NCBI GenBank assembly: GCA_035283685.1
Contig: DATETJ010000011.1
Span: 31,994-95,993 of the forward strand
DNA length: 64,000 nt
From: Candidatus Bathyarchaeia archaeon
GTDB lineage: Archaea; Thermoproteota; Bathyarchaeia; Bathyarchaeales; Bathyarchaeaceae
Direction of reading: 5' to 3'
Shown here: positions 19,181-27,647 of the stretch, piece after piece
How positions within the stretch are numbered: position 1 is the first letter of the stretch
Layout: each line of letters begins with the position of its first letter
The notes under the pieces: model-generated
What the model was told of the DNA's origin: nothing
Database searches by the model: none
What the model saw: the letters and a program-made list of their open reading frames with translations, nothing else
Translations under genes and position numbers: made by a program

Positions 19181-19408
19181 GTTAGCATGCTTTCGAGTCA
19201 CCGATCTTGACGTAAACAAGGGCTCCGGGAATTATGTTGAGGCGAAAACTCATGGGCAGGCTAAAATTGCGACGGTCTCCGTCTCCATGCACGGAATCTA
19301 AGACTAGCCAGAAGCTGCTATAACTTAAGCAGTCGCTGAACAGCAACTTCAACGCTTTTATCGGAAAGATGCTGAGAAGTAGGTTCTGCATTCACGGAGC
19401 TGAACGTC

Positions 19409-19954
19409 ATGGACTTGTTCCGAGCAATCAAAGAACGAAGAAGCATACGTAGGTTCAAACAAGAACCGTTACCCACAAAGGACTTGATGAAGATCTTGGA
19501 GGCTGCACGCTTGGCTCCCTCTGGAGGCAACCGTCAGCCCTGGTATTTCATAATCGTGAGAGACCTTGAAACAAAGAAAAACCTGTCAAATGCAGCTAGG
19601 AATCAGAAATTCATAGCTGACGCTGACACAGTGGTCATAGCCATAGGTGACCCGCTCACGTCCGCAGCCAAGCTGCCCTACACGCTTTCGTCTACTAGAA
19701 TACCTTTCAGGCAAGAACCAATGATTGCAGTAGAGCACATGGTTCTGGCTGCAACGGCTTTAGGCTACGGAACATGCTGGATAGGTGCATTCAACGAAGA
19801 CGAAGTCAAAAGAATTCTCAAGATCCCAGAGAACCTTGCGGTTATCGCATTGTTGCCCATCGGCGTCGCTGACGAAGCTCCACAAGCAAGACAAAGAAAA
19901 ACCTTCACAGAAATATTCTTCAAGGAATCATACGGAACGCCCATGGAAACATAA
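19409..19954 (+). CDS. Nitroreductase family protein
   Basis: IKERRSIRRFKQEPLP..ILEAARLAPSGGNRQPWYFIIV. Confidence 0.85.
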   Translation: MDLFRAIKERRSIRRFKQEPLPTKDLMKILEAARLAPSGGNRQPWYFIIVRDLETKKNLSNAARNQKFIADADTVVIAIGDPLTSAAKLPYTLSSTRIPFRQEPMIAVEHMVLAATALGYGTCWIGAFNEDEVKRILKIPENLAVIALLPIGVADEAPQARQRKTFTEIFFKESYGTPMET

Positions 19955-20097
19955 AACGAGTCCAGAATAACAAGAAAGGATTCCTTACCGCAGATAACTT
20001 GTAACTGCCAGTCTGATAACGTCAGGCATCGCGCAGCACATCTAATCCATAGGACCTGCTCACAACGACTGATTACCAGTTGAAACCCTTTTGAGCC

Positions 20098-20664
20098 TTA
20101 TTGGGAGAGGTGGGAATCGAAAAAGGCGGATATAAAATCGCGGAATCCGCTGTTGCCTGCAAGTGCCCCGATAAGAACACTCATTACTCCTAGCTCCATC
20201 CAAGCCTTGATTGATATGGAGATCACAAGGGGGACACTCAGCCAACCGAAGAAGAAAGGAATCAACGCAAGAAAGAAGAAGACCGTGAACAAGAACTCGG
20301 GCACATATCCGAGCAAGACAAACGGTATTGCACGCGTAGATGGATGCGGACTCTTACTGACATGAAAGCCCTTGAAAAGCAACCCCGCGGTCAGCCCCGT
20401 GAGGGCCTTACCAATAGGCAAGCCAATCATGCCCAGCCATGAGAGCTGTCCCATCGGCCCGAATAAAACTCCCGCGCTAATGCCTCCCCCGAACCCTGTG
20501 ATAAAACCCAGCGCAGGACCTCCGTACAAAGCGATTATAAGCGTTGTTACAAGAGAAAAATCGAAGCCGACTTGGCCGACACGAGTGAGCCCTATAGGAA
20601 GGAGTGAGAGGACGTTTCCTAGGACCGCCATTGTTATGACAAGAGTTATCATCTTGGAATTCAT
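20098..20664 (-). CDS. Integral membrane protein, ECF-transporter S-component-like (tentative)
   Basis: 188 aa with 5-6 hydrophobic helices and Gly-rich helices (GGPALGFITGFGGGISAGVLFGP). There are no decisive motifs. Confidence 0.4.
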   Translation of the reverse strand: MNSKMITLVITMAVLGNVLSLLPIGLTRVGQVGFDFSLVTTLIIALYGGPALGFITGFGGGISAGVLFGPMGQLSWLGMIGLPIGKALTGLTAGLLFKGFHVSKSPHPSTRAIPFVLLGYVPEFLFTVFFFLALIPFFFGWLSVPLVISISIKAWMELGVMSVLIGALAGNSGFRDFISAFFDSHLSQ

Positions 20665-20803
20665 CGGTGTTCGCCTTCCAGCGAGATAAGCACGTAACCT
20701 ATTTAAGAGTAGCTACTCAAAAACGGCAAATCAGAAACGCTTAAACGCTTATTTCAAGACAACCAGCCATTCAATAAAAGACCCTTAAAGGAACCAGAGC
20801 ACC

Positions 20804-21541
20804 ATGCAGGCACCATTAAGTATTCCGGTAATAGCAGTCGTGGGAAGCCGACACTCAGGTAAAACAGCCACAGTTGAAACCGTGGTTAGGGGATTAACCA
20901 AGAAAGGCTACCGTGTCGCCACAGCCAAACACATCCACGACATAAATTTCACAATTGACACCGAAGGACGCGACACTTGGAGACACACGAAAGCAGGCGC
21001 ACACATAACGCTCGCCGTTTCAGCAAGCGAGCTCGCCACAATCAACAAGTTGGACACATCTCAACTCACCCTAAGCGACATAACAAAACACTGCGAAGAC
21101 AAAACAGAAGTCATTGTTCTCGAAGGCTTCAGAGGACTAATCGACCAAGACCTAACCGTGCCCAAAATCGTCACAGCCAAGAACAAACAAGAGATAGAAG
21201 AAGCAACCCAAGTCTTCAAGCCCATCCTAGCTTTCACAACGATGTCACCCAAAGCCGAGTTCAAAGAACTCAAGACTCCCCCAGTCGACATCAAAAAAGA
21301 AACAGAAAAACTCATCCAAATAATCGACCAACGCATAAACCCAATAATAACCAAAAGACGAGAGACCACAGTCTCGACAAGCATCGACATCAACGGAAAA
21401 CCACTGCCACTTAACCCATACGTCCAAAAAATCACACGAAACGTACTCCTTGCCATCCTCTCCACACTAAAAGGAACACAACCCACAGGAAACGAAAACA
21501 TCCAAATCAAAATCACAACCCCAAACAAACCAACAAGCTAA
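20804..21541 (+). CDS. mobB: Molybdopterin-guanine dinucleotide biosynthesis adapter MobB with a C-terminal extension
   Basis: VIAVVGSRHSGKTATVETVVRGLTKKGYRVATAKH..DTEGRDTWRH. The last 80 aa or so lie in an A/C-rich stretch where several frames are open. Confidence 0.7.
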   Translation: MQAPLSIPVIAVVGSRHSGKTATVETVVRGLTKKGYRVATAKHIHDINFTIDTEGRDTWRHTKAGAHITLAVSASELATINKLDTSQLTLSDITKHCEDKTEVIVLEGFRGLIDQDLTVPKIVTAKNKQEIEEATQVFKPILAFTTMSPKAEFKELKTPPVDIKKETEKLIQIIDQRINPIITKRRETTVSTSIDINGKPLPLNPYVQKITRNVLLAILSTLKGTQPTGNENIQIKITTPNKPTS

Positions 21542-21832
21542 AACTCGCAAATTCACACAAGTCACCAGAAATCACACAGAATCACACAAAGCAACCCTAC
21601 GTCACGTTGAATAACGCAAAATCACACTAAACTATCAAATTGACGAACACACAAGAAAGGGTTATTGGGGTTTGGAGAAGGGGTCGAAAGAGAGAAAGGA
21701 ATCCACTCGAAAAACACGTAAAATTTTACGAGTGATACTTCTCCAAACCTGTCCAACCCGTGAGCCATGCTGGTCAACCACGTTAACATGAATCAACTCG
21801 CTCGCCATATGGAACAAACAAAAAATGGGAGT

Positions 21833-23017
21833 TTAGAGGGCTTTAAACGCATCAAACCACTTGTTATACGAAGCAACCATATCCACCGACACACTCGGCT
21901 TCCTCGTCTCCAGAATACCTCGAAAGTCCTCCATCGCAATCGACCTCGGCTGAGCCTGCTTGTCCTTGGCTCTGCCTGACTCAAAGAATTCACCGACTAC
22001 CTTGAGATGAGCTGACTGAGCCGCATCTCTTATGTCACTGCCTGAGAATCCCTCAGAAATGCGACTCAATTCGTAAAGATCCATGTCGGGTCCAAGCGTC
22101 AAATGACTGGTGTACAACTTGTACATGTGCAAGCGGGCATTATAGTCTGGCAGAGGCACCAGAATACGCTTCTGAAAACGTCTGATAAACGCCCAGTCCA
22201 AGTCCCAAGGCTTGTTTGTAGCTCCAATCACATAACCATGCAGGTTCTTGCCCTTGTCGATGACGCCGTCCATCTCCTTAAGAAACTGATTGCGCATCCG
22301 AACTTCGCCGCCAACCTCGTTTGAATGCTTGCCAATCAACGAATCCAGCTCATCAATGAAGACAACAGCAGGTCGTCCGTCGCCAGCCGTCTTCCTCACA
22401 GTGTTAAACAATTTGGCAACATTCTGTTCGGCTTCTCCCAGCCACTTCGACATAATCGAAGCCGCGTCAACTGAGAAGAAAGCCGCGTCGATTTCAGTGG
22501 CAACAGCAGCAGCAAGCAAGGTCTTACCGCAGCCAGGCGGGCCAAAGAGTAGGATGCCTCTAGGCCAACCCAGCGGGAACAGGTCGGGTCTTTGAACTGG
22601 ATAGACTATGGCTTCTTTGATTGCTTTCTTAGCCGGCTCGAGTCCAACAACTTCGTCCCATTTGACCATTGGCTTCTCTTTCAGCACTAACTCCTCAAAA
22701 GAAGCCTTCTTTGCATCCGACGCGGGAGCCTCACCGTTCACGCTTTCTTCGGTTGGTGGCTTTTCCTCGCTTGTCTGTGGCTCGAATGAGCCGCCCACGC
22801 CTTGTACTGCACGTATTCTTTCTTGATATGACATAGCTCTTTGAATGTACACTTTGTTCAAGCCGTAGTCGGGATATAGCTGAACAAGCTTCAGCAGTGT
22901 CTCGATGGCCTTTTGGTACATGGTGATGGCCATGCCTTTAGAGCCTTGCTTATCTAAGCGAACAGCTTCAATAGCGTAGCTGGTTGCAGATTTCTCCAAT
23001 TCTGAAGAAGCACTCAA
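21833..23017 (-). CDS. cdvC: Vps4-like AAA+ ATPase (CdvC)
   Basis: N-terminal MIT-like helices (AIEAVRLDKQG..YQKAIETLLKLVQLYPD), Walker A GPPGCGKT, Walker B VVFIDELD. Confidence 0.9.
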   Translation of the reverse strand: MSASSELEKSATSYAIEAVRLDKQGSKGMAITMYQKAIETLLKLVQLYPDYGLNKVYIQRAMSYQERIRAVQGVGGSFEPQTSEEKPPTEESVNGEAPASDAKKASFEELVLKEKPMVKWDEVVGLEPAKKAIKEAIVYPVQRPDLFPLGWPRGILLFGPPGCGKTLLAAAVATEIDAAFFSVDAASIMSKWLGEAEQNVAKLFNTVRKTAGDGRPAVVFIDELDSLIGKHSNEVGGEVRMRNQFLKEMDGVIDKGKNLHGYVIGATNKPWDLDWAFIRRFQKRILVPLPDYNARLHMYKLYTSHLTLGPDMDLYELSRISEGFSGSDIRDAAQSAHLKVVGEFFESGRAKDKQAQPRSIAMEDFRGILETRKPSVSVDMVASYNKWFDAFKAL

Positions 23018-23023
23018 CTATTC

Positions 23024-23911
23024 TCACCTTTGAATAACTATTTTCTGTTTTTTGCCCAAGTTATCCAACGCCTTCTCTAGGTCTTCATGGGGTACGCTTA
23101 GCTCGTTTGCGCATTGCTCTAGATCGATTTCGCCCTTTTCCTTGGCGTATTTCAGAATGACATCTTCAAGTGGTTGTTGCTCAATTACGTATGAAACCTC
23201 GCGAAGCTTGAGATCTTTGTATGTCACGTAAGACTGTGGTTCTCCATCCTCTCTCTCTTCTGAGGGCTGAGTTATTTCAGAGCACGTGGCGGACAGAGCG
23301 ACCATTTGTTTCTTGACGCTTTCTCGAGGGGACTCAGCCTTCGCTGCTTCAGGAGACATAGGTGGCGCTGGCAATTGTTCAGTCAATTTTTCTTCCAGAA
23401 AAGCTGACGCTTCTTTGAGGATTTCCTCGCCAGCTTCAGTCTTGCGGGTTAGCGGCGCTATATCTTCGGCTGAAGTCATTTTCGTTACTGCTAGGGTCTC
23501 GTTTATGCTTTCGTTCACTTTTTGAAGTTCAGCCGCGACGTCGGGCATGACGTTGACCATGGTTTCCGTTAACGCGCGTAAGCTTCGCAATGCAGGTTTC
23601 AGATCTGCCATTATTTGGCTTACTTCTTTTATTGTTTCAAGTCGCAGGATGATTCGCTCAAGGGCAAGTTGACATTGCGTTATCATGTTCAGAACTTTGC
23701 GAACTTCAGACAGCTCGTTGGCTGATATTGCTGCTCGTTCTTGTCTTTTCATTCTTATCTGAGCGACGCAGGCGTTGAAGAGCCCCTTGTCTCTCTCACG
23801 CAAACGAACTGTAGCTTGTTCTAACCGCAGTTGTTGAGTTTTCAGTCTTCGAACAGTTTCAGAAATAACTTCGCTGATGGGTTGTGGTGGAGGCTGAAAA
23901 ATCCTTACCAA
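23024..23911 (-). CDS. cdvB: ESCRT-III (Snf7-like) protein with C-terminal winged-helix domain (CdvB)
   Basis: Coiled-coil Snf7-type N-terminal half. The C-terminus YVIEQQPLEDVILKYAKEKGEIDLEQCANELSVPHEDLEKALDNLGKKQKIVI looks like a wH domain. It sits between cdvA and cdvC. Confidence 0.8.
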   Translation of the reverse strand: MVRIFQPPPQPISEVISETVRRLKTQQLRLEQATVRLRERDKGLFNACVAQIRMKRQERAAISANELSEVRKVLNMITQCQLALERIILRLETIKEVSQIMADLKPALRSLRALTETMVNVMPDVAAELQKVNESINETLAVTKMTSAEDIAPLTRKTEAGEEILKEASAFLEEKLTEQLPAPPMSPEAAKAESPRESVKKQMVALSATCSEITQPSEEREDGEPQSYVTYKDLKLREVSYVIEQQPLEDVILKYAKEKGEIDLEQCANELSVPHEDLEKALDNLGKKQKIVIQR

Positions 23912-23943
23912 GCTTTTTCGCTGCCTCCACTCCTTTGTCGAGT

Positions 23944-24669
23944 CTAACCTGTTTTGCTGGCACTTTTAACGTGCACTACAACTGGGGGCTCGGGCAGTGC
24001 TGGCGTGGATGCTGTTTTTGTTTCAGGTTCTTTCCATGGCAGTGTGGAGTCGCCGAGTAAGAGATTCGAGAGTTGACTTCTAAGTGATTCCAAGTCAGTT
24101 TTTTCGTAGTTAACTTTCTTTAGGCCATCTTGAACCATCTGGAGAGCGGTTTGGTAAGCGGTGTCGTCGATTCTGCCGATTTCGCGTTCAATTTCGATGT
24201 TGATGAGTGCTGAGTTGAGTTCTCTTATCTGTGAGTTGCACTTTGCAATCTGCTTGTCTATGGCGTCTAGGTTTGTTTGGGCGTCGGTTCTTAGTTGGTT
24301 TAGGGCGCCTTCGAAGTTCTTGTGCAGTTCGGTGAACATTTCAGATGGGATTTTCTTTTTGTCGACTAGGTCGTTGAGTGCTTGGTCTTTTCGCCATATT
24401 AGTGGGATTTCGTCGCATAAGGCTTTGACTCTGATTTTGATTGAGGGTGTGAGTGTGATTTCTTCGCCTTCCATTTTGAACTGGTCGCTTGGGTAGCTTT
24501 GGAATTCTCCGTCGCCGTGTTCTAAGAAGACTCCGTTGACTCTGCCGTTTGGGGTGACTGCGAATGATGCTATTTTGCCGACTTGTCTGCCGTATTCGTC
24601 TTTGACGGGTTTGCCTATGTATAGAAAAAGGTTGGATGTAGGTCGTGCTGACATTTTCTTACACCTCAT
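23944..24669 (-). CDS. cdvA: CdvA (PRC-barrel plus coiled coil plus C-terminal tail)
   Basis: PRC-barrel-like IGKPVKDEYGRQVGKIASFAVTPNGRVNGVFLEHGDGEF, a long coiled coil, and a Pro-rich tail PALPEPPVVVHV. The real start may be the internal MSARPTS. Confidence 0.8.
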   Translation of the reverse strand: MRCKKMSARPTSNLFLYIGKPVKDEYGRQVGKIASFAVTPNGRVNGVFLEHGDGEFQSYPSDQFKMEGEEITLTPSIKIRVKALCDEIPLIWRKDQALNDLVDKKKIPSEMFTELHKNFEGALNQLRTDAQTNLDAIDKQIAKCNSQIRELNSALINIEIEREIGRIDDTAYQTALQMVQDGLKKVNYEKTDLESLRSQLSNLLLGDSTLPWKEPETKTASTPALPEPPVVVHVKSASKTG

Positions 24670-24684
24670 TTATGCTTGTGTGGT

Positions 24685-25353
24685 TTAGCCTTGGGTTTCC
24701 GAGGTCGCTGTTTTCTCTGCTCCTAGGACGGCGGGCATCCCGGCGGGCAGGTCTGGGAATTTCTCTTTGATTCTTTGTTCGGCTACTGATGCTGCTTCGG
24801 TTAGGATCTTTTGGGCGTCTTCGTTGGCTGATTCGAAGTTTATGGTTAGTCCTGTGCTTTGTCCTGCGTCGATTATGATGCCGTTGAGTAGGTTGCCTAT
24901 TTGTCCTAGTTCTCGTTCGGCTTCTGGGAATATGCTTGCCATGCCTGTTCTGACTGTGCGTAGGACGCCGACTGCTGGGGCTAGTGTTGAGACTACGTCG
25001 CCGAGTTCGCCTACGGTTCTTAGTCTGAGTACGATTTGTTCTAGTGCTAATCGTGCGTGCATTATCATTTTTTCCATTTTTCGGACTTCGGCTAGTTCGT
25101 TGGCGAAGACGTTTGCGCGTGGCATGTCGTGTTTGCTGTAGGCTTCAACTATGCGGACGAATATGGTTTTGTCGCGTTCTGTGAATCTTTCTGCTGCGTT
25201 GTCTAAACGTTGGACTTGGAGTTCAATTCGGCGTACGGCGAAGTCTAAGCGCGGCTTGAGCGGGCCTGGTGGTCGTACTGCTTCTTTGAGTCTTGATTGG
25301 ATGGGTGTGGTTTCTTCTCTTTCTCCCCATTTTTTGGCAAATCTTTCTGACAT
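24685..25353 (-). CDS. ESCRT-III (Snf7-like) paralogue without winged helix
   Basis: 222 aa. Its helical pattern is similar to the N-terminal half of the 23024-23911 product (AVRRIELQVQRLDNAAERFTERDK.. versus TVRRLKTQQLRLEQATVRLRERDK..). Confidence 0.75.
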   Translation of the reverse strand: MSERFAKKWGEREETTPIQSRLKEAVRPPGPLKPRLDFAVRRIELQVQRLDNAAERFTERDKTIFVRIVEAYSKHDMPRANVFANELAEVRKMEKMIMHARLALEQIVLRLRTVGELGDVVSTLAPAVGVLRTVRTGMASIFPEAERELGQIGNLLNGIIIDAGQSTGLTINFESANEDAQKILTEAASVAEQRIKEKFPDLPAGMPAVLGAEKTATSETQG

Positions 25354-25585
25354 AAATTTTTTTCCTCCGAAAGAGGATAGCGTGAGATAACTGTATTTTT
25401 ACGCATCTAACACGTGGAGATTATTGTGGGATATATGTGGGAGTATATGCTCTAAGTGTTTTTGCGTTGTTTGTTGATTTTCACTATGCAATTGCTTGGG
25501 GTTTCAGGGGGGTTTTTTACGTTTTTGTGTAAGTAAGTTAGAAAAGGCAGTCTTTGGTTTTATTTGTTTTCAAGGGTGAAAAAGT

Positions 25586-25804
25586 TTGGGTGACAGAATT
25601 AAGATGATTGGGACCTTTGCTTTGCTTGGTTTCTTTGCTGGCATGGTGGCTAATGCGACTTGGAAGTATGTGATTCCTTGGCTTAGTGCTGTGGTGTTTC
25701 CTACGCTTGGGCTGGAGTGGATTTTCAGTGGCATTGCTGGTGCGTTCATTACTTTGGGTCTCGTGACTGCTTGGGCGTACATTAGTGGTCCTGGCGATAC
25801 GTAA
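25586..25804 (+). CDS. Small membrane protein (2-3 TM), hypothetical
   Basis: Hydrophobic 72-aa ORF; no family recognised. Confidence 0.3.
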   Translation: MGDRIKMIGTFALLGFFAGMVANATWKYVIPWLSAVVFPTLGLEWIFSGIAGAFITLGLVTAWAYISGPGDT

Positions 25805-25863
25805 GAGCTAGGGTTCCTGTAATTTCACCATATTTTCTTTTCTCTTTGTTTAGCTGTGGCTCG

Positions 25864-26205
25864 TTAGTATGAGTGCAGAAAATTTTTTTGCGGTGGAAGT
25901 TCTACTTTTCTGTTTGCTTTGTAGTTTCTGTTTTGGTTTTTGATTGGTGTTTTGGGCTCAGTGGAACTTGCGGCTGGGTCTAATAGTTGCTGCTTGAGGT
26001 CGTTGACTGGTAAGTTGCTCGTTGTTTTGCCCACCTTAGCAAGTATGAATGTGTGTTTCTGGTTTAGGTAGGCTATGCCTGCTCCGTGTCCGCCCACAGG
26101 CGTGGGTTCACCAGGTTCCTGTTCGCTTTCAAGTATGTTTAGGACTTGTATGACTTGCGTGATAGGGATGGGTTGGTTTCCCATGTAGGCGAATATACCG
26201 CACAT
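25864..26205 (-). pseudogene. Truncated class-II (Ntn) glutamine amidotransferase N-terminal fragment
   Basis: It starts MCGIFAYMG and has GGHGAGIAYL, like the GlmS/PurF-type Ntn domain. After about 75 aa it runs into low-complexity AC-rich sequence. No remainder of the domain is present in any frame downstream. Confidence 0.5.
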
Positions 26206-26273
26206 ACGGGTAAGGTTGCATGATGATTCTTTTAACTCTGTGGCTGAAGGCTGAATGTGGTGTTTGTATGCGT

Positions 26274-26486
26274 TGCGGGAAGAGTAATTTCAAAAGAAGA
26301 AGGGAACAATCGCTTAGCGCCTTCTTCTACTTTGTGTCTAGTTGTTGTTGACCATGCGAGCGTAGACTGTTTGTGGCGGGTTTCTGTTCAGATGTTGTTA
26401 ACTTCGGCTTAGAACAAGTAATAATACCGTGCTGGTTTCTGTTCAGAAGTAGTAGTCTGCGTCGCCTGTCTGTTGACTACTTCTTT
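26274..26486 (+). repeat. Copy A of a dispersed GT-rich structured repeat family
   Basis: It shares conserved blocks and two hairpins with 49081-49338 (-) and its 5' half with 58694-58806 (+). Hairpin 1 pairs 26295-26303 with 26320-26328. Hairpin 2 pairs 26445-26457 with 26475-26484. Confidence 0.8.
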
Positions 26487-26722
26487 GTTGGGAGGCGGCG
26501 GGGCTGTGTGCTTGTTGAAGTTGACTTGCGCTATAGTGTCATCATCAACTTATGTTTGCAGGTTTGCAGGTTGTGCGGCTGTGTGGATGTTAGTGTTGAC
26601 GATGCGTTGGAAACGCTGTACAAGGATTTGGCTGAAAGCAGGTTTCAAACAGGTCAAGGGGGGTCGAAGAAAGGGAATATGCCGCGACGTGGCAGTGAAG
26701 TGAGTGCCCAGGTTGTCATTGG

Positions 26723-27520
26723 CTATTGTGCATATCGTGGTTTTCTTGTCTTGAAGATGATGGTGTATGGAACCTTGCTCCATATGTCGTAATATTTCGA
26801 GTAATATTCTGCTGCGTATGGAATCTTTTTTCGCTCCTTTTCGCTCATTATGTCAACATTGTAGGGTTCGGGCTCTAGAATTCTCTCGACACTGAAGCCA
26901 GTGTTAACGAGCAGGTCGAAATAGTCTTGGAGGGTTCTTTGGCCTGTGTTGAATTTGGCTGTCCTCTTCTCAGCTCGCCATTTCCATTGGCGTTTTCTTC
27001 GGTCAAAATAGTTGCCGACCGCCCACATTCTTTTTCTCCCGTAGCGGACAACTCGACCTCTGTGAGCAATGGGATGAACAACAGCGAAAATGAACAAACC
27101 CGATTTCCTCAGCACTCTAAATGTTTCTTGAAATGCCCTCAGAAAATCGTCGATGTAATCGATGGCAAATGAGGAGAGGACAATGTCAAAGCTTTCATCC
27201 ATGAACGCACTGAGATCTTCCATGTTGCCTACGTAGAAGGCAACGTTAACTCGTTCTTTCTTCGCAAGTTTTCGAGCGTGTTTGATCTGCTCTTCTGAGA
27301 TGTCGAGACCGACGGGTTTCGCGCCCCACTTGGCGAGAACTATTGAATTCTGTCCTCCACCGCAACCGATCTCCAAGATGTTCTTGCCCTTAACGTTTCC
27401 AAGCAATTTAAGCTCAGACTCGCCGGGAGAAATCGGTCCGTAATGCACATCTTCAAGCGACATCGTGGTCTTCGCCTGATAACTTTGGGAGATGATGTTC
27501 CAGCCGTTTCGAGCTGACAT
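26723..27520 (-). CDS. Class I SAM-dependent methyltransferase
   Basis: Motif I ILEIGCGGGQNS, then GLDISEEQI and FDIVLSSFAIDYI. Confidence 0.85.
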   Translation of the reverse strand: MSARNGWNIISQSYQAKTTMSLEDVHYGPISPGESELKLLGNVKGKNILEIGCGGGQNSIVLAKWGAKPVGLDISEEQIKHARKLAKKERVNVAFYVGNMEDLSAFMDESFDIVLSSFAIDYIDDFLRAFQETFRVLRKSGLFIFAVVHPIAHRGRVVRYGRKRMWAVGNYFDRRKRQWKWRAEKRTAKFNTGQRTLQDYFDLLVNTGFSVERILEPEPYNVDIMSEKERKKIPYAAEYYSKYYDIWSKVPYTIIFKTRKPRYAQ

Positions 27521-27647
27521 TTTTGTTTCGCCTGATGAACACCTAATGTTCAGTGGTGACTTTCTTCTCTGTTAAGCGTTTTTCGACTGATTGAAGTATG
27601 GTTGCGGGTTCCCTTTAAGTGAGAGCTGAGAGTACATTTCGAACCGG

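Noticed and set aside
19182-19391. 69-aa minus-strand ORF between mch and the nitroreductase gene
   Set aside because: No family resemblance or upstream signal recognised. It overlaps a second ORF (19318-19530) in a short spacer and is probably non-coding.
21541-21660. AATCACAC repeats as a possible degenerate CRISPR array
   Set aside because: The units are only 8 nt long, irregularly spaced, and lack a repeat-spacer architecture. No cas genes are in the window.
26220-26254. C/D-box sRNA-like string ATGATGA..17 nt..CTGA..CTGA just 5' of repeat copy A
   Set aside because: There is no C' box and no terminal pairing. The spacing is too short for a canonical 50-60 nt archaeal C/D sRNA. It may be coincidental.
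26373-26792. 139-aa ORF in the GT-rich spacer
   Set aside because: Cys/Val/Leu-rich translation of GT-skewed repeat DNA. It overlaps the 3' end of the methyltransferase gene on the other strand and has no family resemblance.
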